Shown here one piece after another: positions 1 to 9,474 of a stretch of 64,000 nt of DNA. The position numbers and the translations under genes are program-made. The notes below the pieces were generated by a model. It was not told the origin of the DNA, searched no databases, and saw only the letters and a program-made list of their open reading frames with translations. Source of the stretch: Geminicoccus sp. (GTDB taxonomy: Bacteria > Pseudomonadota > Alphaproteobacteria > UBA7985); contig PAPT01000031.1 in the NCBI GenBank assembly GCA_002708995.1, positions 7,902 through 71,901 on the forward strand, in the 5' to 3' direction. Position 1 is the first letter of the stretch. Each line of letters opens with the position of its first letter.

Positions 1-44
1 AGGTGTCTCGGTACCGCGCACAGAAAAAAGAACAAGAGGGCCGA

Positions 45-473
45 ATGGCTAAGGATATTCACCCCGTAGACGTCTTTGTTGGACAGCGGCTCCGTCAGCG
101 TCGGATCAGCCTTGGCATCACTCAGGAAGACATGGCCAATGCGCTGGGCCTATCGTTCCAGCAGGTGCAGAAGTATGAAAAGGGCATGAACCGCATGTCC
201 TCCTCCCGTCTCTGGGAAATTGGCCGGATCGTCGGTGTCGAGGTCGCCTACTTCTTCGAAGGCATGACCGACGACATCGCCTCGATCAAGAACCTCCGCG
301 ACGACCTTCATGCCCGCGCACAGGTCGCCCCAACCGCGCTAAGCGAGCGTGAGCTGCGGCTGGTCCACCACTACGGTGAGATCAAGGACGACACCATCCG
401 CGACGGCGTGTACTCGCTGATCCGGGCGCTGAACCTGAAAGACGGTGAAATGGACGACGAAGCCGCGGCCTAG
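45..473 (+). CDS. XRE-family helix-turn-helix transcriptional regulator
   Basis: ORF 3..473. Internal ATG at 45 (MAKDIHP...) is preceded by aagaggg at 33-39. The sequence GQRLRQRRISLGITQEDMANALGLSFQQVQKYEKG is a classic Cro/C1-type HTH. Confidence 0.7.
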   Translation: MAKDIHPVDVFVGQRLRQRRISLGITQEDMANALGLSFQQVQKYEKGMNRMSSSRLWEIGRIVGVEVAYFFEGMTDDIASIKNLRDDLHARAQVAPTALSERELRLVHHYGEIKDDTIRDGVYSLIRALNLKDGEMDDEAAA

Positions 474-555
474 CCCGGTTTCCGGGGTACCGCGCGCGGG
501 GCCTCAGCCCTCTACCTTCCCAAGATACCTGTTATGCCCGGCCTTGGCCGTTTGC

Positions 556-1566
556 CTAGATGAGCCCGACATCTCGGGTTATGGCAATGTCCAACATCGC
601 CGGATCGATATTGCCGCCTGAGAGGGTGGCGACGACCGTTTTTCCCTGCAACTCGTCCAGATGCTTGCGGGCCACGGCCAGCGCGATGGCGCCGCCGGGC
701 TCGACGATCAGCTTGAGCCGCGTGGCCGCTAAGGCAACCGCGTCCAGCGCCTGCTCGTCGCTGGCGCTGCGCCCCTCCACCCCGCAAGCCTGCAGGATCG
801 GCAGGGTCAGTTCCCCTGGGGTCGGGGTAACGATGGCGTCACAGATCGACCGGGCCGCCGGGTCATTGTGCTCGTGGCTGCCGCTGAGCAGGCTGCGGCC
901 GGTATCGTTGTGGCTGTCGGGTTCCGCCGCCCAGACCTTTGCGCCGGGAAAGCTGGTGGTCAGGGCCAGCGCACTGCCCGCCGTTAGCCCACCGCCACCG
1001 CAGCAGATGATGGCAAGGTCGAGGCTCAGCCCCCGGGCGCGCAGCTGGTTGGTTGTCTCCATACCGCTGGTTCCTTGTCCGGCGATGGTCGGGGCGAAGT
1101 CGTAGGGGGGGACCAGAACCGCCCCGGTCTCCGACTGAATCCGGCGGCCGAGGTCTTCCCGGCTTTGCGAATAGCGGTCGTAGGTGACAACCTTGGCGCC
1201 CAAAGCGATGGTGTTGGCCTTCTTAATCGCCGGAGCGTCCTCGGGCATGATGATGGTGGCCGCGACCCCGAAGTGACGGGCGGCGGCGGCGATACCCTGT
1301 GCGTGGTTGCCGCTGGAGTAGGCGACGACCCCGCGTGTGCGGTCGTTTGCGCTGAGGCTGGCGAGGCTGTTCATGGCCCCGCGCAGCTTGAACGAACCCG
1401 TGCGCTGCAGGTTCTCGCACTTGACGAAGAACCGCCCCTGGGTCGCTTCGGACAGAGCGTGGACTTCGATCAGCGGGGTCTCGACGACCAGATCGCGGAT
1501 GCGGTCGGCGGCCTTTGCCACGTCTTCGTAGCGCACGGCGAGGTTGGCGTTTGTGGTGGGATTCAT
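556..1566 (-). CDS. PLP-dependent threonine/serine dehydratase (threonine ammonia-lyase family)
   Basis: 336 aa. Contains the PLP-lysine motif GSFKLRGA and the glycine-rich loop CCGGGGL typical of fold-type II PLP threonine dehydratases. Confidence 0.8.
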   Translation of the reverse strand: MNPTTNANLAVRYEDVAKAADRIRDLVVETPLIEVHALSEATQGRFFVKCENLQRTGSFKLRGAMNSLASLSANDRTRGVVAYSSGNHAQGIAAAARHFGVAATIIMPEDAPAIKKANTIALGAKVVTYDRYSQSREDLGRRIQSETGAVLVPPYDFAPTIAGQGTSGMETTNQLRARGLSLDLAIICCGGGGLTAGSALALTTSFPGAKVWAAEPDSHNDTGRSLLSGSHEHNDPAARSICDAIVTPTPGELTLPILQACGVEGRSASDEQALDAVALAATRLKLIVEPGGAIALAVARKHLDELQGKTVVATLSGGNIDPAMLDIAITRDVGLI

Positions 1567-1628
1567 GGCGGGGCCTGTGTGTCGCGGGAGCAGCGCGATC
1601 TGCGCTAACAGTCAGGGGGAAACCTGCG

Positions 1629-3665
1629 CTACTTGCGCGAGCCAAGCAAGTGACGCGGCATCAGAATTTCGACCGCACCGCTGGCGATGCGCGTGCGGTA
1701 GAGGTTGTAGAGCGCGGTCACGCGGCGGGCGTAGTCGCGGGTCTCCCCAAAGGATATGGATTCCATCCAGACCAGCGCCTCTATGGCGTTGGTGCGCGGG
1801 TCGCCGAATTCCCGCATCCAGCGCCGGGTGTGGCCCGGCCCGCCATTATAGGCGGTGATGGCAAGCAGGTCGGCGTCCTCGAAGCGGCGTTGCAGGTCCT
1901 GAAGATAGGCCGCGCCGAGGGTCAGGTTGTAGCGCGCATCCTTGGTCAGCGCAGCCTCGTCGAAGCGCAGTTTGTGGCGTTCGGCCATGGCTTCGGCGGT
2001 GGCGGGCATCACCTGCATCAGCCCCAGCGCGCCCGAGCGGCTGACGGCACCAATCCTGAATTTGCTCTCCTGCCAGGCGATAGCGTGGACCAGCGCTTCA
2101 TCGACCCGCAGGCCGCGTGCGGGCTGGATATCCAACTGCGGCAGTAGGGCGTCGGGGTTATAGAGCCCCCGGTCGGCTGCGCGGATCGCGAACAGCAGGC
2201 TCAGGTCGCCTCGGTCCAACTCGTCAAGCAAGGTCATCAGGGCGGCCAGATCGTCTTCCGTGCGGGCGGCGCTGTTCAGCGCGTGCAGGAAGCGCTCGCC
2301 CAGCGAGTTGATGCCCATCCCGTGCAGCATCCGCGCCCACGTCACCAGCTCGGCGAGGTCGGGATCGCTCAGCCCGCGGGCTGGCCGGGGCCGGGGATAG
2401 CGCGCGTCGAACAGCTTGCGCCCCAGCGCGCTCAGGCAGGCCTGCCCGTAAAAGGTATGGGCGTGGTCGGCGCAGGCTTCGAGCTGATTGTCAGCGCCGA
2501 ACTCATCGCCCTGTGCGCGCAGGGCCTGGGCCAGCCAGTAGCGGGCGCGGGCGCGCAGCCGGGTTTCATCGGTCGCGCTCAGGGAGCGCTCGAAGGCTTC
2601 CTGTGCGGGGTGGGGCAGGCTCAGCCGGGTCAGGGCAACCCAGCCCTTGAGCCACTCGGCTTCAGCCCGGTTGCGGCCTTCTTCCAGCCCGTGGCGCTGG
2701 GCGAGGCCGATGGCGAGGTCGAAGTCCTGATCCTTCAGCGCCTGCCGGATCATAATGTGCCGCGCGCGCCATTCCTGCTCCGGCATCCGCATTTCGGTGG
2801 GGATGCTGAGCAGCGCTGCCTGTGCGGCTTCGTGCTCGCCCTCTGCATCCAGCGTCAGCACCTTCGGCACCACGAAGGCCGGGTGGCGCAGCATGTCGGT
2901 GGGCAGGGCCTCGGCGAGGCTGACATCGCCGCCGCGATCGGCGTCCACCGCTTCGGCGAAGGCGAGCCAGTCGGCATCCAGATCGTCGTAGTGGCGGCGG
3001 GCGTCGGCGCGTTTTCCGGTCATCAGCAGGAAGGCAACCCGGCGGCGCCTGTCTTCGGTCTGCAGCAGCTCGCCGAAGGTGGCTTCAAAGGCGCGCTCGT
3101 CGTCTGGTTTCATCCAGCGGGTCGCCCACTGGTGCCGGATCTCGGACGCGGTGGCGTCGAAATCGCCGGCCTCGAGCCGGGCGATCAGGTGCCGTCGCTG
3201 TGCGCTGGTCGAGGCGGGCGGGTGCTCGGCGTAGTAGGCCAGCATCTCCGCGGGTGGACGGGTCCGGGCGAGTTTGGCCTCGCGCTTGATTTCGAGGGTG
3301 CGGGTGCCCGGCCAGTGCTGGTTGGCGTCGATGAAGGCGGACAGCGTCGGCAGGTCGATCTGATCCAGCGGGGTGTCGGGGTCGTTGAAATAGAACCATT
3401 CGAGCAGCTTGGGCAGTTGCTCGGGCGGGCGGCGCATGCTCAGGGCAAGCTGGGAGGCCTGCAGGTGATTGCCCACGCGCGCTTCGCGGATGATGGCGGC
3501 GAGGGCGTCGCGCTCGTCTTCAGCGCGCGAGCCGAGCAGCACCGAGAGCAGGGCGATGCCGAAGGCGAGCAGGAACAGCAGGCCGGCGGTAACCGGCGCC
3601 CAGGGGCTGGTCAGCATGCCGACGAGGCGGTCGCGCAAATCATCCGGAGACTGGTCCTGCCTCAT
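1629..3665 (-). CDS. slt: soluble lytic murein transglycosylase (Slt family)
   Basis: ORF 1629..3818. Likely start is the ATG at 3665 (MRQDQSP...), followed by a hydrophobic signal-anchor segment. The C-terminal SLT domain motif is AIAWQESKFRIGAVSRSGALGLMQVMP. The N-terminus is a superhelical repeat region. Confidence 0.8.
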   Translation of the reverse strand: MRQDQSPDDLRDRLVGMLTSPWAPVTAGLLFLLAFGIALLSVLLGSRAEDERDALAAIIREARVGNHLQASQLALSMRRPPEQLPKLLEWFYFNDPDTPLDQIDLPTLSAFIDANQHWPGTRTLEIKREAKLARTRPPAEMLAYYAEHPPASTSAQRRHLIARLEAGDFDATASEIRHQWATRWMKPDDERAFEATFGELLQTEDRRRRVAFLLMTGKRADARRHYDDLDADWLAFAEAVDADRGGDVSLAEALPTDMLRHPAFVVPKVLTLDAEGEHEAAQAALLSIPTEMRMPEQEWRARHIMIRQALKDQDFDLAIGLAQRHGLEEGRNRAEAEWLKGWVALTRLSLPHPAQEAFERSLSATDETRLRARARYWLAQALRAQGDEFGADNQLEACADHAHTFYGQACLSALGRKLFDARYPRPRPARGLSDPDLAELVTWARMLHGMGINSLGERFLHALNSAARTEDDLAALMTLLDELDRGDLSLLFAIRAADRGLYNPDALLPQLDIQPARGLRVDEALVHAIAWQESKFRIGAVSRSGALGLMQVMPATAEAMAERHKLRFDEAALTKDARYNLTLGAAYLQDLQRRFEDADLLAITAYNGGPGHTRRWMREFGDPRTNAIEALVWMESISFGETRDYARRVTALYNLYRTRIASGAVEILMPRHLLGSRK

Positions 3666-3872
3666 CCTGCCCCCTTTGCCCCTTTCGTCTCTGGGGCCGT
3701 TGTCTGGCGGCCCGCCTGCTTCCTCACGTCGCCCCGGTCGCAGGGCGCAAACGCCACTGTAAGGCAGCACAGTTACACACAAGCGTGCTAACAATTCCTT
3801 TTCAAGGCCACCGTTCATCCCTAGTTAAAGGGTTCAAACGTCAATATTGAGACAGAGAGAGCCGGACACGCC

Positions 3873-4763
3873 ATGACTGTCGACCGAATTCGCGGTTCCA
3901 TCACCGCCCTGATCACGCCCATGCAGGCCGATGGCGGGGTCGACGAGGACCGCTACGCCGCCTTTATGGACTGGCAGATTACCGAAGGCACGCAGGGGCT
4001 GGTCCCCATGGGCACCACGGGCGAGTCTGCGACCCTGTCCCACAGCGAGCACGAGAAGGCGATCCGCCTGTGCGTCGAGGTGACCGCTGGGCGTGTGCCG
4101 GTCATCGCCGGGACGGGCTCGAACAGCACCGAAGAGGCGGTCTCGCTGTCGCTGGCCGCGCAGAAGGCCGGGGCCGACGCGCTGCTGGTGGTCACGCCCT
4201 ACTACAACAAGCCGACCCAAGCTGGGCTGATTGCCCACTACCGCGCCATCCATGACGCGACCAACCTGCCGATCATCATCTACAACATCCCCGGGCGCTC
4301 GGTGATCAACATGTCGGTCGAGACCATGGCCACCCTGTCCGCGCTCGAGCGGATCGTCGGGGTCAAGGACGCCACCGCCGATCTGGTCCGCCCGATCGAG
4401 CAGCGCCTTGCCTCCGGGCCAAATTTCATCCAGCTCTCGGGCGAAGACGCGTCGATCCTGCCGTTCATGGGCGCGGGCGGGCACGGCTGTATCTCCGTGA
4501 CCTCTAACGTCGCCCCGCGCCTGTGCGCGGAATTCCATGCGGCCTGGGCTGCGGGTGATCACGCGCAGGCGCAGGCGATCAATGACCGGCTGATGCCGCT
4601 GCACGACGCCCTGTTCGTCGAGAGCAACCCGGTGCCGGCCAAATACGCGCTCGAGCTGCTGGGCCTGGTCCAGCCCGGGCTGCGGCTGCCGCTGGTGCCG
4701 CTGTCCGAGGCCAGCGAGCAGCGGGTCCATGATGCGCTGGTGCAGGTCGGCCTGCTCAACTGA
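3873..4763 (+). CDS. dapA: 4-hydroxy-tetrahydrodipicolinate synthase
   Basis: 296 aa with DapA hallmarks (ITPM...GTTGES...YNKP...IIYNIPGRS). Sits divergent from slt and upstream of smpB, as is common in alphaproteobacteria. Confidence 0.9.
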   Translation: MTVDRIRGSITALITPMQADGGVDEDRYAAFMDWQITEGTQGLVPMGTTGESATLSHSEHEKAIRLCVEVTAGRVPVIAGTGSNSTEEAVSLSLAAQKAGADALLVVTPYYNKPTQAGLIAHYRAIHDATNLPIIIYNIPGRSVINMSVETMATLSALERIVGVKDATADLVRPIEQRLASGPNFIQLSGEDASILPFMGAGGHGCISVTSNVAPRLCAEFHAAWAAGDHAQAQAINDRLMPLHDALFVESNPVPAKYALELLGLVQPGLRLPLVPLSEASEQRVHDALVQVGLLN

Positions 4764-4793
4764 GCCCGGCGCCGCACCAGAACAAACCAGACC

Positions 4794-5249
4794 ATGGCCC
4801 GCAAAATCATCGCCCAGAACCGCAAGGCCCGGCACGAATACTTTATCGACGAAGTACTCGAAGCCGGGATTGCCCTGAGCGGCACCGAGGTGAAATCGCT
4901 GCGGGCGGGGCGGGCGTCGATCGCCGAGAGCTATGCCACTGAAATCAATGGCGAAATGTACCTCACCGGCGCCAATATTCAGGAATACGAGAAGGGCAAC
5001 CGCTTCAACCATCCCCCGGTGCGCAACCGCAAGCTGCTGCTCCGGCGGCGCGAGATCAACAAGATCATCGGCAAGCTGAAGACCAAGGGCGTGACCCTGA
5101 TCCCGCTGGCGCTGTACTTCAACGAGCGCGGGCGGGCCAAGCTGGAGCTGGGTCTGGCGCGCGGCAAGAAGCAGTACGACAAGCGCGAGAGCATCAAGCA
5201 GCGCGACTGGGACCGCCGCAAGGCGCGGGTGCTACGCGGGGATGACTGA
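4794..5249 (+). CDS. smpB: SsrA-binding protein SmpB
   Basis: 151 aa. MARK...[13 protein letters not shown]...GTEVKSLR...LIPLALYF matches SmpB end to end. Confidence 0.9.
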   Translation: MARKIIAQNRKARHEYFIDEVLEAGIALSGTEVKSLRAGRASIAESYATEINGEMYLTGANIQEYEKGNRFNHPPVRNRKLLLRRREINKIIGKLKTKGVTLIPLALYFNERGRAKLELGLARGKKQYDKRESIKQRDWDRRKARVLRGDD

Positions 5250-5355
5250 CGGCCCCTAGGCAAGGGCCGGCAACTGCGGCTATCGTCCGAACCAATCGGC
5301 CACCGACACCCGTCGAAACCCACCGATGCCCACCAATACCGGGGAGCCGGCACCC

Positions 5356-6168
5356 ATGAGCAGCGTCATCCACAACATGAAGCCCAGCCGCTATACTCCG
5401 GCGACCGAGGACGAAGCCCGGCTGCAACTCGCCACCTGCTACCGTGCCTGCGCGCAGGAGGGCTGGACCGACCTCAGCTCGACCCACATTTCCTGCCGCG
5501 TGCCCGGCACCGATGACCAGTACCTGATCAACGAACTCGGCGTGCACTTCCACGAGATGCGGCCCAACCGGCTGGTTAAGGTCTACCTCGACGGCACCCC
5601 GGTCGGCGCAGGCGAGCAGGCGCCCACCAACCCCGCCGGGCTGACCATCCATGGTGCGATCCTGCAGGGGCGGCCCGAGGTTGGTTCGGTCCTGCACACC
5701 CACACGGTGGCCGGCATGGCCTTCTCAGCGCTCAAAGACGTGGAGATCAAGCCACTGACCCAGCACGCCGTGCGCTTCTATAACCGCTGCCCGGCGCACG
5801 AGTACGAGGGCATTGCGCTGGATGCCGATGAAGGCCCGCGGCTCAAGCGCGACCTCGGTGAGCACGAGATGCTGATCCTGCGCAATCACGGCCTGCTGAC
5901 TGTCGGCGCCAACCCCGGCCACGCCTTCAACGCCATGTACTACCTAGAAAAGTCGATCCAGGTGCAGCTGGTCGCCCAGCAGTCCGGTGCGCCGCTGAAC
6001 CTGATCGGGAACAACGTGGCGGAGTCCACAGCGCAGCTCTACGCGACTTACCCGAACTTCTATGAGCGCGACTGGGACGGGACGGCGCGGTCGGTGGCGC
6101 TGGATGACCCGGCCTTCGAGGCGGCCTATATTCCGTGGCCAGAGGACGACGGCGCGCCTGCTGCCTGA
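5356..6168 (+). CDS. class II aldolase/adducin family protein
   Basis: ORF 5326..6168. ATG at 5356 is preceded by ggggag. The motif block HTHTVAGMAFSA and the overall pattern fit the class II aldolase/adducin N-terminal domain (zinc-binding histidines). Confidence 0.7.
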   Translation: MSSVIHNMKPSRYTPATEDEARLQLATCYRACAQEGWTDLSSTHISCRVPGTDDQYLINELGVHFHEMRPNRLVKVYLDGTPVGAGEQAPTNPAGLTIHGAILQGRPEVGSVLHTHTVAGMAFSALKDVEIKPLTQHAVRFYNRCPAHEYEGIALDADEGPRLKRDLGEHEMLILRNHGLLTVGANPGHAFNAMYYLEKSIQVQLVAQQSGAPLNLIGNNVAESTAQLYATYPNFYERDWDGTARSVALDDPAFEAAYIPWPEDDGAPAA

Positions 6169-6202
6169 AGCAGCAATCAGAGCCGGCCAGCAACCAGAAG
6201 CC

Positions 6203-6301
6203 ATGCCCAACCCACACCCGCGCTGGCCCTACTGGGCCCGGTTTCTGCTGCTGGCGCTGATCGCCTTCGGGGTGACAGCCGCGCTCTACGCCCTGACTTG
6301 A
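6203..6301 (+). CDS. possible small membrane peptide (hypothetical)
   Basis: Internal ATG of ORF 6062..6301. The 32-aa product has a single hydrophobic helix, FLLLALIAFGVTAALYAL. It is followed by a hairpin at 6361-6388. Weak evidence. Confidence 0.2.
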   Translation: MPNPHPRWPYWARFLLLALIAFGVTAALYALT

Positions 6302-6360
6302 GGACGAAGGCCGGAACCCGGCATCTTCCCTTCGCCCCATGGCTGCGATACCTGCACAAC

Positions 6361-6388
6361 AAAAAAAGCCCCGCCTGACCGGCGGGGC
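6361..6388 (-). terminator. intrinsic terminator for the cadherin-like gene
   Basis: aaaaaaa-GCCCCGCC-tgacc-GGCGGGGC. On the minus strand the hairpin is followed by a U7 run. It lies directly 3' of the gene ending at 6418. Confidence 0.7.
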
Positions 6389-6417
6389 TCTTGCGTGTCG
6401 TACTCGTTAGGAGACGG

Positions 6418-7809
6418 CTAGAAGTCGATTTGAGTCGACGAGAGTGTTTGCACGTCTTCGATGGTGAACTCCATGTCGGCGCCTGCATTCCAGCCCCCGT
6501 TCTTGTTCACATCAACCAGCACCCGGATGTCCGTGCCAGTGTCGTAGAACGCGACGCTGTCGGTTGCTAGCGCGGCCTGTGCTGCTGCGGAGTCAGCGTG
6601 CAGCGTGGTGTCCAGACCGTTGGTCAGGTTGAAGGCGGTGAGATCGAGCGTATCGTCCGAGCTGAAGGCCTGAACTACGTGGACCGAGGTTACCTGAGCC
6701 ACCTCGAAATCAACGATGTCTCCGCCCGTGCCCAGATCGATCGTCAGAACTGCCGATTGATCAACGCCCAGCACGATTTCATCATTGCCCGTGCCAAGGT
6801 CGAATGTAACAGCGTTGGTAATGTCAACAGTCAAGTTCAGAAGGTCTGCGCCGGAGCCCATGTCACCCGTGAGGCTGGCGTCCATGCTGTGCCCAAGCGT
6901 GATTGAGTCGTTACCTGCCGCGGCGTCAAACGAGGCGGTGATGGCGCCACTTGAAGCAATATCGTCGTTGTTCGCCGACAGGTCGCTGTTCATGTCGCCA
7001 CTCGCAGTAGTATCCGCGTCAGCTTCGCTGTCTACGGTGACTGTGATCGGCGAAGAGCTGGCTTTGCCATGATCGTCGGTGGCGGTCACAATTAGCTGGT
7101 AGTCATTGTCACGGTCCGCATCACCGGGCGAGTCAAAGTTCGGCTCATCCTTGAAGGTGATGGCACCTGCCGTGCTGATCGAGAAGAACTCAGCATCGTC
7201 CCCGGACAGGGTGAAGGTGATGGTGTCTTTCTCAGCATCGGTCGCGGATACAGTCAGCACTGTTCCGGTATCATCTTCGTCGAAACTGGTGCTGTAGGCC
7301 GTTTCGGAAAGCTCTGGTGCGGTGTTGTTCGAGCGGGTGATGACGATGTAGGCGATGATGCCCGCTGCCACCAGACCGACGGGGATCAGAATACCACCGT
7401 AGCCCAGACCGCCGAAGAAGCCCGGCGAGCTGTAGGTCGGGTAGGCGCCGGAGGTCGGTGGGATGTACCCGTTCTGCGCGACTTCCACGCCCTCGATCAG
7501 GTCAGAGACCATGATCTGGTCCCCAACGAGGCCGTATTCACCGCGTGGAATGATCATTTCCTCACCGCTGGCCAGCATGACCCGCAGATCGCCGTCTTCG
7601 GTGAAGCCCAGCGGCGTGCCGTCGATGGTGGTGAAGGGATTGTCGGTCGACGCGCGCGCGGTCTGCGCAGCGGCCTCACTCGCGGTGAAGGCGAAGGCGG
7701 CGCCAAGGCTGATCGCCGAGAAGGCTTTGGCAGCGCGGGCCATTTGCCGCTTTTGAGCGCGCCGGGAAAAGAGGATTTCAGGGGTCAAATGGTGAAATGC
7801 CGTAGCCAT
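6418..7809 (-). CDS. cadherin-like domain protein with degenerate RTX-type GGxGxD repeats (paralog 1)
   Basis: ATG at 7809 has a strong SD (aggaga); alternative start at 7743. Sec-type signal ...AAFAFTASEAAAQ; hydrophobic helix GILIPVGLVAAGIIAYIVI; cadherin-like block FTLSGDDAEFFSISTAGAITF...DYQLIVTATDDHG...ITVTV. C-terminal nonapeptides of Ca-binding beta-roll type (AAGNDSITL, GSGADLLNL, GTGNDEIVL, GTGGDIVDF). Confidence 0.6.
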   Translation of the reverse strand: MATAFHHLTPEILFSRRAQKRQMARAAKAFSAISLGAAFAFTASEAAAQTARASTDNPFTTIDGTPLGFTEDGDLRVMLASGEEMIIPRGEYGLVGDQIMVSDLIEGVEVAQNGYIPPTSGAYPTYSSPGFFGGLGYGGILIPVGLVAAGIIAYIVITRSNNTAPELSETAYSTSFDEDDTGTVLTVSATDAEKDTITFTLSGDDAEFFSISTAGAITFKDEPNFDSPGDADRDNDYQLIVTATDDHGKASSSPITVTVDSEADADTTASGDMNSDLSANNDDIASSGAITASFDAAAGNDSITLGHSMDASLTGDMGSGADLLNLTVDITNAVTFDLGTGNDEIVLGVDQSAVLTIDLGTGGDIVDFEVAQVTSVHVVQAFSSDDTLDLTAFNLTNGLDTTLHADSAAAQAALATDSVAFYDTGTDIRVLVDVNKNGGWNAGADMEFTIEDVQTLSSTQIDF

Positions 7810-7876
7810 GATCTTGTTTCTCCTGCGGGCGAAAAGTACCCAAAATATTTATGAAATCGTTTTAAACGGTGGCTGA

Positions 7877-7908
7877 ATGCCAAATATCGATAGCAAAATG
7901 CCAAATTA
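7877..7908. promoter_or_regulatory. direct repeat AATGCCAAAT x2 in an AT-rich promoter region
   Basis: aatgccaaat at 7877-7886 and again at 7899-7908, inside the AT-rich 5' region of the gene starting at 7809. Candidate regulator binding site. Confidence 0.25.
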
Positions 7909-8010
7909 TGCGTGCTGTGTACAGGCTTTCACCTGAACAATTGCAAATTACGCGCCAAAAATGGTGGATATGTGCCGCAGTTTGGTCGAACAGGGCGCCA
8001 ACCGCCGAGA

Positions 8011-9474
8011 TTATACGATTATCTGGCTGTAGTCCGTGAGGATCGTATCCTCGAATTTGACCGTGGTGCTGATCGTGCCCGCGCCGTTCTCGACCAACAG
8101 ATAGGAATCCTGACCGTTCTGATAGGCGACAACCTCGTCGTGGGTGGTCGTCAAGGCGTCCAGTGCCAGCAGTTCGCTGGTGAAGACGACTGGCGCGGCC
8201 GCGTAGAATGCAACGCCAAGGACGCCCCCGTCCGTCAGCCGCCCGCCATCGAGGATGAGCAGGTCGTCAGCGTCGAAGTTCTGGACCACCATGGTTTGCA
8301 CGTGGGAGTCGAGTTCGATCGTGTCCCGGCCCTCGCCGAGGTCGACCAACACGTCTTGTACACCCGTCGCTGCGGCGTCCACGAACAGGGTATCCGCCCC
8401 CGCACCCAACCGGATACCGATGTCGGTCACATCCGGTGCATTGATATCGGCCAGGTCGTTGCCGCTGCCCCCCGAGATGTCGAACAGGCTCGGGCTCTCT
8501 GACATATCATCGATTTGGAAGTGATCAGCGCAAACGGAGCCACCGTGCTGCGTGAAAAGCAAGGGATCAGCAATTGTGTCGATTGCGAGGAAGCCTGACT
8601 TCTTCTCGATTGTGAGAAAAACGGCTTGCTCCGCCGTTTCTCCGCGCGGGTCTTCGACCTGCACCGTGAAGCTGTAGACACCGTCTCGGTCGCGGTCGCC
8701 GGGTGAGTCGTACAGGGGGTCTTGCTTGAACGTGACCTTACCATCGTTGTCGATTTCCACGAGGTCAGAGTCATCGAACTCGCTGGCTACGATGGAGTAG
8801 GTGAGGTCTTCGTCCTGGTTGTTGGCGTCCTTGCCTGGTGCCGTGTAGACCGCTGTGCCGCACGGTTGCTCGGTGAAGGTCTCGTTGACGATCGAGTATT
8901 CGAAGGTCGGTGCCTGGTTCAGCGAGCGCCACAGCAGGTAGCCGCCGCCGACGCCGGCGACCGTGCCGGTCAGCGACAGGCTGGTACCGATGATACCGGC
9001 CCAACCGCCCGAGCCGCTGTCACCCCAGTGCCCTTCGGGCCAGAATGATTCATAACTCTCCTCAGCTGCGACAGGCGCCGTAGCCGTCACCGTCTGCGCC
9101 AGCTCGCTGGTCTCTCCCAGTAAACTGACGGCGGGCATGGCCCCCGGAAGAAACCCCGGAACAGCCCCTGGCGCAGCCAAGGGGGCGATGCTGCCGGGTG
9201 CCATCGTTGGCGCGGCCTGCGCTGCGAGGCTGCTGAGCAGGACGGGTTCTGCTGCCATTTCAGCAACCGGAGCCGTCTGCGCTGCTTCGGCACCAGCGAC
9301 AGCCGGGGACGGCGTGAAGGCGCCGTCCTGCGCTTGTGCCGCCGCCGGCAGCAGGGTCGATGCACTGGCCGCAGCAAGGATCGCGGCGCTGGCGCCCCCA
9401 GCTGTGGCACGGGTCCCCCGCTGCTGGCGTTCTGTGCCCTGAGCGGTGTGTTGCTGTGGCGTAGGCAGTTGCAT
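8011..9474 (-). CDS. cadherin-like domain protein with degenerate RTX-type repeats (paralog 2)
   Basis: ORF 8011..9546. ATG at 9474 is preceded by gaggga. Signal peptide ...STLLPAAAQAQD; Ala/Pro-rich low-complexity segment; hydrophobic segment WAGIIGTSLSLTGTVAGVGGGYLLW; cadherin-like block LTYSIVASEFDDSDLVEIDNDGKVTF...VYSFTVQVEDPRG; GGxGxD-like repeats (GGSGNDLADI, GAGADTLFV, GEGRDTIEL). Same architecture as 6418..7809. Confidence 0.6.
   Translation of the reverse strand: MQLPTPQQHTAQGTERQQRGTRATAGGASAAILAAASASTLLPAAAQAQDGAFTPSPAVAGAEAAQTAPVAEMAAEPVLLSSLAAQAAPTMAPGSIAPLAAPGAVPGFLPGAMPAVSLLGETSELAQTVTATAPVAAEESYESFWPEGHWGDSGSGGWAGIIGTSLSLTGTVAGVGGGYLLWRSLNQAPTFEYSIVNETFTEQPCGTAVYTAPGKDANNQDEDLTYSIVASEFDDSDLVEIDNDGKVTFKQDPLYDSPGDRDRDGVYSFTVQVEDPRGETAEQAVFLTIEKKSGFLAIDTIADPLLFTQHGGSVCADHFQIDDMSESPSLFDISGGSGNDLADINAPDVTDIGIRLGAGADTLFVDAAATGVQDVLVDLGEGRDTIELDSHVQTMVVQNFDADDLLILDGGRLTDGGVLGVAFYAAAPVVFTSELLALDALTTTHDEVVAYQNGQDSYLLVENGAGTISTTVKFEDTILTDYSQIIV

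Noticed and set aside
2283-3791. 502-aa plus-strand ORF
   Set aside because: Entirely antisense to the well-supported slt gene. It is Ala/Gly/Arg-rich with no motifs. Long antisense ORFs are expected at about 66% GC.
3834-5012. 392-aa minus-strand ORF
   Set aside because: Antisense to dapA and smpB, which have unambiguous protein signatures. Composition artefact.
5250-5325. Hairpin GGCCC-ctaggcaa-GGGCC after smpB
   Set aside because: No U-run follows the stem on either strand. Not called as a terminator.
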